From Oikopleura dioica (Eukaryota > Animalia > Chordata), in the NCBI GenBank assembly GCA_907165135.1, contig OU015570.1, positions 1 to 64,000 on the forward strand: DNA of 64,000 nucleotides, written 5' to 3'. The notes beneath the pieces are model-generated. The model did not search any database. It had not been told where the DNA came from and worked only from the letters and a program-made list of their open reading frames with translations. This document shows positions 50,063-63,856 of the stretch, in pieces (position 1 is the first letter of the stretch; every line of letters begins with the position of its first letter). Made by a program: the position numbers and the translations under genes.

Positions 50063-51689
50063 GCGAAAATTTGAAACAGGGTATTCTTTGATTTTTTGAT
50101 TTTTAAATTTAAATAATTAGTCTATTGAAGCTATTCTGTTGGATGTCAATCTTCCCACGAGTTCTAGAGTCACGTGAACACGTGCTGAGTACAAATCAGA
50201 AATTCCAAAAACATTGGTACGCGCATCAACTATAATGTGTTTTGATAGATACAGGCTTGTAAAACGAGTCTTATGCTTCGACGAAAGTCGCCGAGTTAGA
50301 GAAAAGTTGACATTACGCCAGACGGGCATTCAGCGAGTTTCGCATTTTGTTGTTTCGCGGCCACATGATTGGAATATTATGAATTTTTCAAAGGAAATTA
50401 CTAACAAGTTAAATGGAGCTGTATATTTGCATTTGTCTAGGGAATCTAGCGCGCGTATCGACGGAAAAAGTACAGTACAGCTTCAGCTGCTCAATCTTGC
50501 TCCTTTTTGACGAGCAGAATCACTCTTTTCCAGATGGAGATTTTGCGAGTCGGAATGCATCAATAAACAAGCCCATTCCCTATCACGAGATTTTTCTTAC
50601 TTTCGGGCTGATTGAAAGGAAGAGTCGCCTGAGTCCGACTAAAAACCGATTCTGCTGTTGATTAACTGCGATTTTCAAGAGAATTGAATAATTTCCGGGC
50701 ATTAAAATTGAATTATGTGATTAATAGTAGGCACATTAGGATCTAACTAGGATTTTTATACGAATCATAAGAGATACCCTTAATCGATGTTGGCACCCGT
50801 AGAATGAATGGTTTTCAAAATAAAGCATGGCGTTATAATTCTTCAATTTTCTGTTCAATTTGTTTAATTTTCCGACTCTTTCTGCACAATTTTGAACAGT
50901 TAGATTAGGGTTCGCAATGAAAAATTGGGGGTTTATTTTAATGATTTTATAAAATTTTATTTAATTTTTATATAAATTAGGCTTTCCTGATTTCAAATCT
51001 GAAATCAGATTTTATATATCTTTTTCGTTGATGAATAACGGGCGGTAGAAAAATCGCTATTTTTACGACGTCAGCATGACGTAGTCAAACCAAAAAGCGC
51101 TGAGCGCTTGGCGATGGTGGCGCTGTTGGCTCAGGCAAGCTCAAAGCTCCAACTTTTGAGTTTCAAGCAAGAGTGTGCTCTTACGATTTTTTAAATAAAT
51201 ATATAAATAAAATAAATTTAATAAATAATAATTATATATTTTTTTATTTTTATGTAAAAATATAATACATTAAAATTATTTATCTTCTTGCATTTATTAA
51301 ATTAAATAAATAATAAAATTAAAAATAAATAATAATAAAATTAAATAACTATATATTAATATTTTCCAATAATTCTAGATTTTGAAGATGTTTTTTTTTA
51401 AACAATTTTCATAAAATATTTAAATTATTAAAAATAATACAAGAAAATTTGATGACAATCAAAAAGGAGGCCACGAGAATTTTTCGTCATTATTTTTATT
51501 TATAGCATTTTCCTTGAATTATTCTTAAATTAATCTCAACATTTCAGTCATCAAAACTTTGTGTCGGGTCGATCAATGATGCCAAAACTATTCCTTCTAT
51601 GAAAGTGTCGATTTATACCCCCTTTCATACCACGAGAGATGCTATAGATACATATTCAATTAGTAAAAAGCATGTTCAATATCGCACTT

Positions 51690-52190
51690 ATCATCAGTGG
51701 TGCCATAACAATTCCTTTTAAAGAAGGATTGTAGAGAACGCCTTATTTCATCTCTCTGAAAATCAGACTGATCCATATACATATTCACCTCGAAACCAGC
51801 AATTTTATTTCCTCGCATATCATGATCATGTCTCCCGCTGTGTCAGCCTTTTTATTGATGCCATAACAATTTCTTTTGTAGAAGGGTTGCCAATTACGGC
51901 TTATTTTATTCCTCCGAAAGTCAGACTGACCCATATACATATTCAGCTCCAAAACAGCAATTAAGTTTTTCACATATAAGTTTCATATTTCCCGCTATGT
52001 CAGCCTTATTAGTGATGCCATAACTATTTCTTTTGTAAAATGGTTGAGAAATACGTCGTCTTTCCTCCCTCCGAAAATCAGACTGATCCATATACATATT
52101 CACCTCAAAAACAGCAATTTTAGTTATTCACATATCAGTTTCACCTCTCTCGCTGTGTTAGCTTTTTTGTGATGTGATAGCTATTCCTTC
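51690..52190. repeat. Diverged ~157-bp tandem repeat, about 3 copies
   Basis: GCCATAAC recurs at 51702, 51860 and 52017, with a shared TCAGACTGAYCCATATACATATTCA core. Confidence 0.85.
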
Positions 52191-52375
52191 TGTAGAAGGG
52201 TTGTTAACCCTATGCGTGACGATCAAAGCTACCCCTATGCGTGACGCGGATGCACTCAATGCATCCGAGGCATCTAGAACAATTTTGTCATGTTTCTCTT
52301 TCAGCGCCGCGCTCATTTTTTGATCAAGTCTATCAGTCTTGCAGATACTTCTTATCATTTATATGTTCTCTAGAG

Positions 52376-53186
52376 TAGGGCTCGCCAAAAAAAAGTCGAG
52401 GTCGATTCTCCCCTACGAATTATGCCTTAAAATGATCCCCGTTCTTTCCTGATTCGAATGATATGTCAATGTCAGTCGTAAGTCTTGGGGAAAAAATTCT
52501 AGAGCTAGGCCGAAGTTCCAGTTTTCGGGACTTCAAGCACGTGCTATGACGTCATTTTTCGGAAATTTCATTTTTTTTTTATTTTTCTAGCGTAACTTTT
52601 TCTGCTCTTTTCAATTAACTAATTAAGTTTCTTTTAGAGGTAAAATCAGGATTTCACCCAAAATTTTTTCTCAAAATCCTTGAAATTCACCATTTTTCTG
52701 CCTCGTTTCAACCTATAAAAGCTCTAATATCTCGAGTTCCCCATGCTTTCCCGAGCCGGAAAGGTACTATAAAGAAGCGTAATGCTCTATTCTATGAGAG
52801 TTTTCTATCAGATCTGGGGAGAATCGAAGCAAACTACCGAAAAAATGAATGATTGGGAAAAAGTACGTCAATTTTTGATTTTTCTCAAAAAGACCATTTT
52901 TTCAATAAAAATTCTTAGATAGAACCGAAACCAACACTGCATATTAAAGCTCATACTCTCAGCTTTATGTCTATATCAAATATAAATAGTTTTGAGAGGT
53001 TTTGATTGTTAATTTTTCGGTTAAGCGATCAGACCCCGAAAAAGGGCCATTTTTATCGAAAATTCGCTCTAAAATTTTTTTGGCTGGGTTTCAGGGTGTG
53101 GTTATATGGGGAGTTTTGGGTTTTAGGACATGGGGAATCAGAAAAACATACTCGTTCGCGGCTTCAAAATTTCATGGCGAGCCCTA
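52376..53186 (+). mobile_element. hAT MITE copy 1 (811 bp)
   Basis: TIR TAGGGCTCGCCA. 8-bp TSD CTCTAGAG at 52368-52375 and 53187-53194, matching the nTCTAGAn target typical of Charlie-type hATs. Confidence 0.9.
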
Positions 53187-53307
53187 CTCTAGAGCTCTCT
53201 TTCACTTCTTCGTCTTGAAAGTCCGAGTTTTACTTTTCGTTGATGTCGTTACAGGTGGAATTAATGATATACAATAATATTTTATATGATAAAATAAGAG
53301 CACTTTG

Positions 53308-56300
53308 ATGGAAGACGAGTCAGCACTTTTGACAGAAGTTGACATACTTTCTGATGCAGAGAACAACTCAGATATTGACTTTGGGGACTCCAGCGAAGAA
53401 GAAGAAGATGATGAAGAATGTGTTTGTTTTGCGACTCAGGCGGAGTACGAAGAGTTTCAAAAAACGGTTGATGCTTCAAAAACAGGTTCAAAATTTCCGC
53501 CTTTGCAATTTTCGGAACTAAAACGCCCAATGTCTTCTCAATTTATTCCGCGGAAACTTCCTCCCAAAACACGAATGATTCCTTCCCAATATTTTACGTC
53601 CCCTCGACTTTTGCTTGATAAGATATATGGACTACATCGATTTTTCGACCCGATTCTCAAAAAAACTAACCAGAACATGCGTCGACGATTTCCAATGGAA
53701 AGAGAGCTATCTTTCGATGAGCTTTTGACTGCTTTTGGAATGCTTTTATATTCTGGCCTTGAAAAATCAAATAACAAACCCATCGCCGAATTTTGGGAAG
53801 AAGCAGTCAAAAATCATCGAAATCTTGAAACACTCAATCTTCTTTCATTGCGTCGCTTCCGAATGTTCCGAACGTGTTTGGATTGTGGGGAAGATGAATA
53901 TATATAGGGATTCTCAAAGGCTTATTAATTGAGGAAGTCTACTGTATATGATGTTTGCTAGTATATACAAAAACGTTCTCGTTTCTCTCAAAAAATCCCT
54001 TGAGAATCTCTAATTGTCTTATATCCTGGAGAGGAACACAGACATATTTCAACCTCCAAAAAAATATGGCCTTACATTTCTCTTCTCAACAGCATATCTG
54101 CGAATTATTGCAGCTGGAATTGGGGATATAAAAGTATGTCTCTTGATGAGAGTCTCCGCAGAGTGTCAATTTTGGATACTAAAAGCAACTCGCACATACA
54201 TAAGAACTCATTCAACTTTGAAAACAATTAGCTTAGTGGCAAAATTGACACTCTTTTGCAAGACGATCATTTGGAGGAAAAGATCCCTGCCAAAAATATA
54301 ACCCCGCCAAACCCGCTACTGGGCTCCGCATTCGCCGATTATAAAATTTGAATTTTTGGCACAGCAGAACAATCAACAACTGTCATAGAAACGTATTTAC
54401 TCGAAAAACCAATAATGACATTTTTCGCTCCCCGGCAAATGCCCTCGTCACACCCAAAAATTCACTCTGAGTGTTTTTTCACTGCCATTTGAAAAGGTCT
54501 ATGACCAGAATTTGGAGATAAGTTATTAGCCATGACGTCGATTATTCAAAATGGCGAAAAGAGTGCTGATCAATTGTATCGTGGTCATTTCGGAAACGGC
54601 AGAGTTCTTTATCAACTCTATCTGACTAGACACCGCTATCACCAGCCCTGTTTTTGTGGTTCCGCCCTTTTCAGACTTGTTTTCTCAAATGCAGCTATTG
54701 ATTACTCAAGCGCAATTGAATACTGTATCAGTAGGCTTTCAAGTAAAAATTTCTTCTTTTTTCGATCAAGACCGTTAGTTTCTATTTCTTGTCTTCGAGA
54801 GACAAACTAGCAAAGTGATTAACCCCCTGACGCGTTACAAGCAAAATTGAGCAGTGTCAAGTCAAATAGGATTAAAAATTTCCAAACCCAAAATGAAAAT
54901 AAAAAAAGAATGACGGTTGATTAGTAAAAATGCGTTATGAGCTTATGCAGACGCATTTCAGTAGTAAGGAATTAAAGAGCTTTTGATCTCAATCGACTAT
55001 CGACACTTCTGCCAATCCGCAATTTTATCGCGTAAGAGCCTTTTGCTAGAGGCCCCCAAAAAGGTGCAAAATCGAGGCGAAATCGTTAGTGCGAGTTCTC
55101 GGAAACCAAATTCGGCGTTGATTTTCCCCCATTTTTTCGGCTTCTTTCGGCGCTCGTCCTCACTAGTAGTAGACTCCCTGTTCACAATTTCTGTGAATTG
55201 ATTCTGGTAGAATAGAACCTGCTCTACAAACTGGGACTATGGGTTAAGTGATTGGATGGAGTATTCATCCCTTTCGGGCGCTCTGAAATTTCTAGCGCTT
55301 ATTTTGGGACTTCAGATGCTCATTGTCGGTCGAAAATCAAGTCTGATTCCGATGATCTTGGTATCAAAATGATCGCCGCGACCTAGCGAGTCTAATTCTG
55401 CATCATAAATGAAGTTTTAAAAAGGCGATCATGGGGTCCAATTTTCTACCATTACACCTACACATAATCGGATACGGAGCCCAGACCAGCGCGATACGGG
55501 CATCAAGTCCAAATGTTGTCTGGCCCAGATGGATGTATTTTATCCACTATCCCTGATCTTGATTCCAACAACAAGCTCTACAAAAGCCTGTCCGAACTTT
55601 TCGTGAAAATCATTCCGAGCCGGTGCAAAGGTCTTGGTTTGATGGTCGCTTGCGACAATTTTTTCATCTCGCGAGAGTCAGTAGAAGTTATGGGTTAGAA
55701 CTTATTTATTTTATACCCGAAAAGGGTGGTAGTAGGGGGTTATCATTCGAGCTGCCCCTAACCCTAAACCATAATAGTTTTTACCCTTGTTAGCTCTGAC
55801 TCAAATGCGAATGAAATTCGTTGCAACATGCAGACGATCTCGCCTGGCCAATTTTTTTGGAGGGAGAAATAATGTTCCAGAAGTTTTCTTTCAAAAATTT
55901 GACAAGAAAAATTTCAAGCGGAGCATCATTGTTTTTCGCGCGTCTCTACATCAAACATCACTTGACATCGGAGCTTATGTGGACAAGATGAATAAAAAGC
56001 CCGTTGTCCTGATATCAAATGCCTGGGACGAGCTTTCTGCTTTTTCAGATCTTCCTCATTGTACTCTGGAGCTGAAATCAAACGAAAAGCCACCCATTGT
56101 CTTATTATATAATAAGACGATGGGGGGTGTTGTGTAGGGTTCGCAAAAACATCGAATAAGCAGTCGGTCAGAGGTTGAAAAACTACTCAAAGACTTATCG
56201 GAGCAGATCTGAAACTCCGCTCGTGTTAGTAACTAGCAAATTACTTGAAATTTTCTTGCCAGAACTTGCCATTTCTATAACTTGCCATGGCAAATTTTAC

Positions 56301-56828
56301 TTGTTCATTTTTTCGCGAACTCTAATTCTGATGGCATTGATCAATCCCTTCAAAAATTTACTATTGGCTTTGATTCAAAAAATGTCGAAAAAAAATACAC
56401 GCATTTTGCAAAAAAATTTACAACAAATCTAATCGATCAGTTACTGCACAATGTATTTGTGCTTTACAAAAAAAATCTCATCCGAACAAAAACAAAAATC
56501 AAAAAAAAACAATCATCGCCAGTTTCTCCTCACTCTTATGCATGAATTGATAGGCCAAAAGCTTCCATCACCCCTTATTTCTAATCCGCTTCCATTGCTT
56601 GAAATTCAAAATGTTGCTTCATCCCTTTCTTCTAACTCTGATCAACCACCGCAAAAGAAAATGATTATTATAAGCCCCGTTCACAACCGCGTTTTATGTA
56701 AAGTTTGTCCAAAAAAGACACAAGGAGCCAAACAAACAACTATTTCTTGTGCAAAATGCTTCAAACCCGCCTGCACTGACCATCGCAAGGCTTTTGGCCG
56801 AGCGTTCATTTTCTCCTTGTGTCTTTAA
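53308..56828 (+). pseudogene. piggyBac transposase remnant (fragmented, probably intron-containing)
   Basis: Acidic N-terminus; FFDPILKKTN..ELLTAFGMLLYSGL..FWE..SLRRF; LDESL; GGKDPCQKYNPAKP; VACDNFFIS; KPVVLIS; KPPIVLLYNKTMGGV; Cys-rich tail CKVCP..CAKCFKPACTDH. Confidence 0.88.
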
Positions 56829-57021
56829 ATATAATTTATCACTTCATTTTATAATTTATCACTTTCATTTAATAAATTTCTTTGAAAAAAATTCATTTCA
56901 ATCTCAATTATTATTTGAATAATAATAATTATTCGTATTTCATATTCCATTTCAATTCATATGCATGGCGAAAATCTATTGATCAGTCTGAGAGACCAGA
57001 AAAATAGCGGATTCTCTAGAC

Positions 57022-57838
57022 TAGGGCTCGCCATGAAATTTTGAAGCCGCGAACGAGTATGTTTTTCTGATTCCCCATGTCCTAAAACCCAAAACTCCCC
57101 ATATAACCACACCCTGAAACCCAGCCAAAAAAATTTTAGAGCGAATTTTCGATAAAAATGGCCCTTTTTCGGGGTCTGATCGCTTAACCGAAAAAATTAA
57201 CAATCAAAACCTCTCAAAACTATTTATATTTGATATAGACATAAAGCTGAGAGTATGAGCTTTAATATGCAGTGTTGGTTTCGGTTCTATCTAAGAATTT
57301 TTATTGAAAAAAATGGTCTTTTTTGAGAAAAAATCAAAAATTGACGTACTTTTTCCCAATCATTCATTTTTTTCGGTAGTTTGCTTCGATTCTCCCCAGA
57401 TCTGATAGAAAACTCTCATAGAATAGAGCATTACGCTTCTTTATAGTACCTTTCCGGCTCGGGAAAGCATGGGGAACTCGAGATATTAGAGCTTTTATAG
57501 GTTGAAACGAGGCAGAAAAATGGTGAATTTCAAGGATTTTGAGAAAAAAATTTTGGGTGAAATCCTGATTTTACCTCTAAAAGAAACTTAATTAGTTAAT
57601 TGAAAAGAGCAGAAAAAGTTACGCTAGAAAAATAAAAAAAAAATGAAATTTCCGAAAAATGACGTCATAGCACGTGCTTGAAGTCCCGAAAACTGGAACT
57701 TCGGCCTAGCTCTAGAATTTTTTCCCCAAGACTTACGACTGACATTGACATATCATTCGAATCAGGAAAGAACGGGGATCATTTTAAGGCATAATTCGTA
57801 GGGGAGAATCGACCTCGACTTTTTTTTGGCGAGCCCTA
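57022..57838 (-). mobile_element. hAT MITE copy 2 (817 bp), inverted relative to copy 1
   Basis: Near-identical reverse complement of 52376-53186, with its own 8-bp TSD CTCTAGAC at 57014-57021 and 57839-57846. Confidence 0.9.
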
Positions 57839-58204
57839 CTCTAGACAAAAATGATGTAACATGGCAATCTCGAGACAGAAATCGTAAATTTGACGCATTT
57901 TTACGGAATTGTAGGAACATAAAAACTAAAAAAGAAAAATGAAACTATTAATGAGACGTAAAAAATGACGAAGATTCTTATTTTTTTTTAATTTTTGAAT
58001 TTGGACAAAAATGAAGAGAGATACGGCCTGAAAACCATGTCCGGATGCACTGAGTGCATCCGCGTCACGCATAGGGTTAAGTATGCCTTATTTTATCCGC
58101 GACATTTTAATATGGTGCAATTAACATTATAAAGATATTCTATAGTTCTGATTTATCATCCCTTCTGGACGTTGAAGTTTATTATGCACAAATAAAGATA
58201 TCAT

Positions 58205-59340
58205 TTGTTAGTCAGAAATCTTTTTTATCTTCGAGCATCTTCAAGTCTTTGTCGTTTAGCTTTTTTCTTTCCATCTCTTATTTCATCCGTTATTCTTTTT
58301 CGTTTTTTTCTTGCTTCACTCCAAAGTTTGTCTCTCTTTTCTTTACCCAATTTTCTAAGCCAAGCAATCAGTGAATTTGTCTTTGCGCAGACAACTTGAT
58401 TGATTCTTTCTCCATCGCAATTCTGCGTTTTTGTCAAAGCGTATTTCAGCTCACCAAAAACACTAGAAAAAAATAAATCATTTTCAATTCGAATTATTTT
58501 ACCTTTCGAGCTGATGATTGCTCATGACCATCTTTTCATCTTCTTTGAAGTTTATCTCCAAAAAAAGGTCGTTGTCCTTTTTAAATTGTCGTCTCATCTC
58601 GGTCAATATCGTTACTGTGAGCGTGTTGATTCTTTTCGTCATCGCTGGAAATGCCTTTGTATGCATAATCTTTGTGACAAGTTCATCTTCAATGCATCCA
58701 AAGGCGATTTCTTCATTTTCTTCAAGGCGAGTGTTTCGACTTCGATGCCAAAGTCTGTTGTACGCGTTTTCTGGAATGCGAAGTGGATCGTCGATAGCCG
58801 CCAAGACTCCTTCGAATGCTTTCTGAACGATTTGATATCTTTGTGGTTACTTTGATCAATAAACCTTTCCATCAGCGTAGGTGATTCCATTTTTATTGCG
58901 ACATTTGTTGAAGAAGGGCATCGCAATCGAAACATAAACGATAACCAACAACGAAAGCTCCAAAAGAACTTCTCTTGATGCTAAGGCCTTCTTTATTTGA
59001 TAAAGGCGACCTGTTGATTTCATCGAAGCCACTTCTCTTACTTCTGTTAAGATTTCGAAAACAGCAATTGCATTCACAAAAGGCGCCTATTTTAAGTGTA
59101 GACTCATGAGAAAATTATCTGTCCTACCGAAAATCGATTGCCATAATTGAATTGGAATCTTTTATGAGCTGGCAGGTTGTGCTCTTCAAGAAGAGCAGAT
59201 AGTTCGACTTGGAAGTCCTCCTGATGATAGCCACCCGATGTATGCGCTCGATGCCCGAAGCACTGCGCAAGATTGGCAAGAGTGTCCTTCGTTATTTGAG
59301 ATAAAAATCGCAGACAGTAGCGCTCATTTAAGGCATTCAC
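58205..59340 (-). pseudogene. Transposase-like remnant (hAT-like, tentative) with a 40-nt intron
   Basis: Fragments CFGHRAH..YGNRFSV, KKALASREVLLELSLL and SNHQLE|SVFGELKY. Removing a GT-AG intron at 58463-58502 fuses ORFs 58499..58804 and 58225..58437 in frame. Confidence 0.55.
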
Positions 59341-60194
59341 TAAATTTACAATAAGATTTTATCAAAGTTTTTAAGAGTTTCAAGAGAATGTACCAATCAA
59401 ATTTTTTAAATGAGGAAAAACTCTGGCATTATTGATAACGCGCGTAGATCGGGAGGCTCGATACTGATATGAGCATATTTGAAATTGCTTTTTATATGTT
59501 CGTGGATTTTTCGAGGGATGAAATGTTAGGGTTTAATCAATTCTTTAACCAAAAGATAATTTGTGGCATCAACGAAAAGGTCGACAATCTCATCGACATT
59601 TTCATATTGAAATTTTTATCATGTTTGTTTTTTGTTTGTTTATTTTATTTTAAATGTACAGTTGATAAATTTTTTAATCATTTTTCCATATTTGTATTAA
59701 TAATTATCGAGTTATCAATCTTTTTTTATTTGTCAGACTATGTCAGCATTTGATGAAGGCCACGTCATCTTTCCTGAATCATAATTATATTTTTCAATTT
59801 GCTTTCCCACCTACGCAAAATGATCAATGAAAAAAAAAATATGCCTTATGTTTTTGTATATTCTCAAGAATATTTTGACAATTTTCGTAGGTGGGGAGCC
59901 ATCTAGTGGCGAGAAATCGTCACTTTTATCTATTTTGATGGGTGAAAACCTGTTTTCCGATAATTTTTTTTCAATTTTAATTTTAAATTTAGATTCAGAA
60001 TGATTAAGTTTCTATTCTAATTTTCAATAAAAAACAATTTTGAGGCCATTTTTGTAGCCAAAAAAATTTTTCATTGCGAACCCTAGCCCCTGATAGCTCC
60101 TGTCTCGGTGTGTGATTTAACGCATTAATTACTAGCGCTTATTTTACTTCCAAATTCCTAGATTTTAAGTCTGTTATCCTAACTTTTGATTTGA

Positions 60195-63100
60195 TCATTT
60201 TATGAAGCCTTTCAACCAATCTTTCAAAATCTCCTTTTCCTCTATTTTAAGGGTATACCTTCCAATTATACTTACGTTCAGATTATTCGTGTTAGTTTCC
60301 TGCTCCGCCAATTTCGGCCGAAAATTGACTGTTTCGAATTCTTCTACATCAAATCTTGAAAACCTGCTTAAATAATCAACACAACTTATCACCTCACTTG
60401 TAGCGAGCGCATAAACTATTTTGAGCCTTGGAAAATCAAGAAGGGTAGCAAAAGCTTTCCTGCACCGGGTTTTCCCAAAAGTTTTAATATTGAAAGTTGT
60501 TTAAATTTTCGTGAGAGACTTATGGTCCACTATTCCTAAGACGTCTTCCGACCGCTGTAAAAGGTCTTGGAAAGTTTCGAAACCAAAAGCAAGGCCTAAT
60601 AGTTCTCTACTCCGGGACCCGAGGAGACTTTCATTTTCGGTTAATTTCCTTCTCGCGAATCCAGCGATTTTTACGCTCATAATTTCTCCATCCTTATAAA
60701 CACATGTACCTATTGCCGCACCCGAAGCCGTTAAGCCACTGTCAGTGGCAACAAATAAAACTCGATAACACGTGTTATCAAGGTGATCAAGCTCAATACC
60801 ATTTTCTTTTACTTTCCTTTTAATCTCCAAAATATCATTTTCAATCTCCTTAATTTAAACTCTTTATTTTTACCTATTTCCTTAGATAGCCTAGAAGTCA
60901 ATTCTCCCAGTCCTCTAATAAACCTGTTATAAAAATTTAGAGAGCCAAGAAATTTTTGTTCCTCTTTTGCAGTAGTAGGCATTTGCAGTTTTAATATTCC
61001 TTCGACTTTCTTTTGGTCTGCCCGGATTTTATCCAGAGAGATTAAAAATCCTAAAAATTTGAGTTCCTTTTTAAAAAATGAACATTTTTGTAATCCTAAA
61101 ACACAATTTTCGCTTTTCAGCGCCGTTAACAGATTACGTGTAGCCTCAACAAATTTTTCACCGCATGCGACATACCAGATGTCATCCATATAACTTAAGA
61201 AGTGAAAAAATTGTCCTGATCCTTCGGCCCTTTTCAATATCTGTGAAATAAATTTTTGAAAAATCGAGGGACTTGCACTTAATCCCTGACTCAGTTTTTA
61301 TACTTGTATGCCCTGTCGCCAAAAATAAAGGAAGTAAGTTCCCTTGACGAGTCCCTTATGCTCACAGTGTAATACGCATTTCTTTTATGCTCAAGGTCTG
61401 AAATAAAATTCCCTCCGTCTGCCTTTTCTACAACCAGCAACGGACTATTACAACCACTATTACTCTCCTCTAAAGTACCTACTCCTTCTATCATATTATC
61501 TAGCTTTTCCTGAACCTTATTTATCATACACGAATCGATGTTATACGGTCGTGCAAAAGTGGGGCCTCTCTCCGGGTCTTTAATTCGCAAATCCGCCAGA
61601 AAGTTTGGACTATATCCGCAGTCATTACTTGTCCGTGACCACAGAAAATCCTCCTCATTAAAAAGGCTTTCCAGTGCCCCTGAATATTTATCTGGCGCCT
61701 CTTTTGCTTTTTTAATTATTTTCTCTTCACCGAAACCGATTCGATGAGTTTTTCTCTATTTTCCTTTTCATTTCTCAAGTTCTTTCTTGTGAACAATCTG
61801 GTCAAAATTATCAACATTTTGTGTTTCCACCAAGCAATTTACTTCGAAAAGACCTAATTTATATCCAATTGTTGTACCTTTATTTATTGTTATAATTGAG
61901 CCAGTTAGATTTTCCAGTTTTATCCTGTTCCAGTTTTCCTTCGTAAAATAATCATCAATTCTAACTCCATTGTTAATTAAATGTTCGGAGGTTTTTATTT
62001 TCGCATTTTGTTCAAATTTTTCGACCTCCACCCATAAAAATCAAATGGATAAATTGTAATGTCTTCCAAAATATTAACTGACCCCTCTCTTGTATCCTTA
62101 ACCAATGTAAGAACCTTTATTTCGACCTCCTCACTTTCCTCATTTTCACAAATATTTATTTCAAAAGTTCTCTTGCCCGTATCAAACGACCTTAAGTCGA
62201 GCAAATGAAGAAAGTCCAAACCGAGAATGCCCGAAAAATTAACTTCTCAATACACGTGGTCGGTAAAACCGACCACGGCGACTTTGGCCCTCAATAACTT
62301 CGAAGGTGGTAATCCGTTTGACCTGATTTTTGCAATGTGCACTTATATGAACAAACCGAACCACTCTGCGAAGTTTCGTGAAATTTTTCAAGAGGGATTG
62401 CGCTTTGCACCAGATCTCTTTCGAGCTCATTATCGAAAAATTGGAAGGTTTTTTCTCCTTGATAATAACATGAGTAAATAGCTGAGTGTTCAGGCTTTCT
62501 AACAGTAGAGTTTAAAACTTATTAAATCGACGGAAAAATGAATGAGAGATCAAAATAGTCGGCGCTGTTTTTCACACTCCGAATTTGGCGCGCCGCGCGG
62601 GCTGAATAATACTTGGTGGTCGGTTTTCCCGACCCCGTGTTTTGAGCGCTTAGTCGCCCGCCCGTGTATTGAGAAGTTAAGGGGCTCTTCCAAAACATAA
62701 AAATCTCTATTTGTATATTCTTTCCCGTTCACAATTATATTCGCCTCTAAAACCTTATCTATGGTACCCATTCTACTATTCGCCGCATTTGACAAAAATA
62801 TTTCTGGTATATTCTTAATTTTAAACCCTGATCCTTCTTAAAATTTTTTATGAATAAATGATTTTTGACTTCCTGTGTCTAACAAAAAATTCTCTACTTC
62901 TTTTTCTATTCCTATTGATTTCTTTCCTCGTTTTTGGTACTGTTTAAAAATGATAGAGGCCGTCGGTAACGAATTCATTTTTTATCTTTCTCCTCGCAGT
63001 CATAAATCCAATGACCGGATCTGTTGCAGATTTTACAAACGTAATCCGGCGGTGGTCGATTTTTCCTCTTTTCACCGTCTCGCCTAAAGTTTTGTTTACT

Positions 63101-63856
63101 ATCTCTAGATCTACAATCTAATGAACGATGCGAACGGCTTCCGCAGAGCCAGCACTGGTCCTTCCCAAAATACTTTCTCCGCCTACATTCCGTAGATAGG
63201 TGGTTTTTCAAACCACAAATAAAGCAAGATTTTCCTTCCAATCTGTAACCTTGCTTTTGCTTTTTTCCTTCTCGACCGTAATTTTTATCTTTCGAAAAAT
63301 TTTTCCCGTGATGAAAAGCATTAACCGAAACGTCTGCCTCGCTTGCCACTTATGAGTCTAAAATTTGTTGGGCAATTTGAACGACCTCTTGCCCACTTTT
63401 ACCAGCAATGATCAGGTCAAACAACGGCTCGTTCTTTATGCCATTGGGTAGTTTCTTGATAAACTCGCGCTTCAATATGGCCTCCAATATTTCCTTCGAC
63501 AAATTCTTATTACCAAGTTTGATCAGGTTTTCGATCTCGAAATACTGGTCAAGTAATTGCCTATCCCTAGTGAGCGTATAATCCTCCAGTTTCTTCTCCA
63601 AAAATGATCTATTGTAATTTATCAAGTGAATAAGTGCGTCCCTTAAATCCTCAGGTGTAGCATTTGGTCTGTTTTTAAGTGTTTTTATCAAATTTCCCTG
63701 GTATTTTTCACCCAGACTTCCTAGCAGTAAACTTAACCTAGTATTATTTCGCTTTACTCCTGCCAGATTTAAAATATACATCGAGTCTTGAAACCATGAC
63801 AGCGGATCCTGAAAACTTCCTTCCCCTTTACCAAAAATCGGGGGTGACCCTCCCAA
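60195..63856 (-). mobile_element. Second, decayed Ty3/gypsy retrotransposon (gag with three CCHC knuckles, PR, RT, RNase H, start of the integrase linker)
   Basis: Gag 63856-62975 with CFICGLKNHLSTEC, CWLCGSRSHRSLDC and CKICNRSGHWIYDC and an internal TAA at 63350. Protease FLLDTGS near 62875; RT ELTSFIFG..QGLSASPSIFQ..SYMDDIW; RNase H ATDSG..SRELLGL..VDHKSL. Many frameshifts and no LTR seen. Confidence 0.9.

Larger units (their letters stand above)
52208..58076 (+). mobile_element. piggyBac transposon (5.87 kb), decayed
   Basis: TTAA at 52204-52207 and 58077-58080. Termini CCCTATGCGTGACG with subterminal CGGATGCACTCA.TGCATCCG. Transposase remnants inside. Confidence 0.92.
50906..60085 (-). 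mobile_element. hAT-like DNA transposon (~3.3 kb without the nested piggyBac)
   Basis: 21-bp inverted termini TAGGGTTCGCAATGAAAAATT at 50906 and 60085, with a transposase-like remnant at 58205-59340. Flanks do not form a TSD (AGTTAGAT vs GCCCCTGA), so the pairing of the ends is uncertain. Confidence 0.5.

Noticed and set aside
63350-63352. Programmed read-through in the second gypsy gag
   Set aside because: The TAA falls within gag, before the zinc knuckles, in an element with many other disabling mutations. A simple nonsense mutation is more likely.
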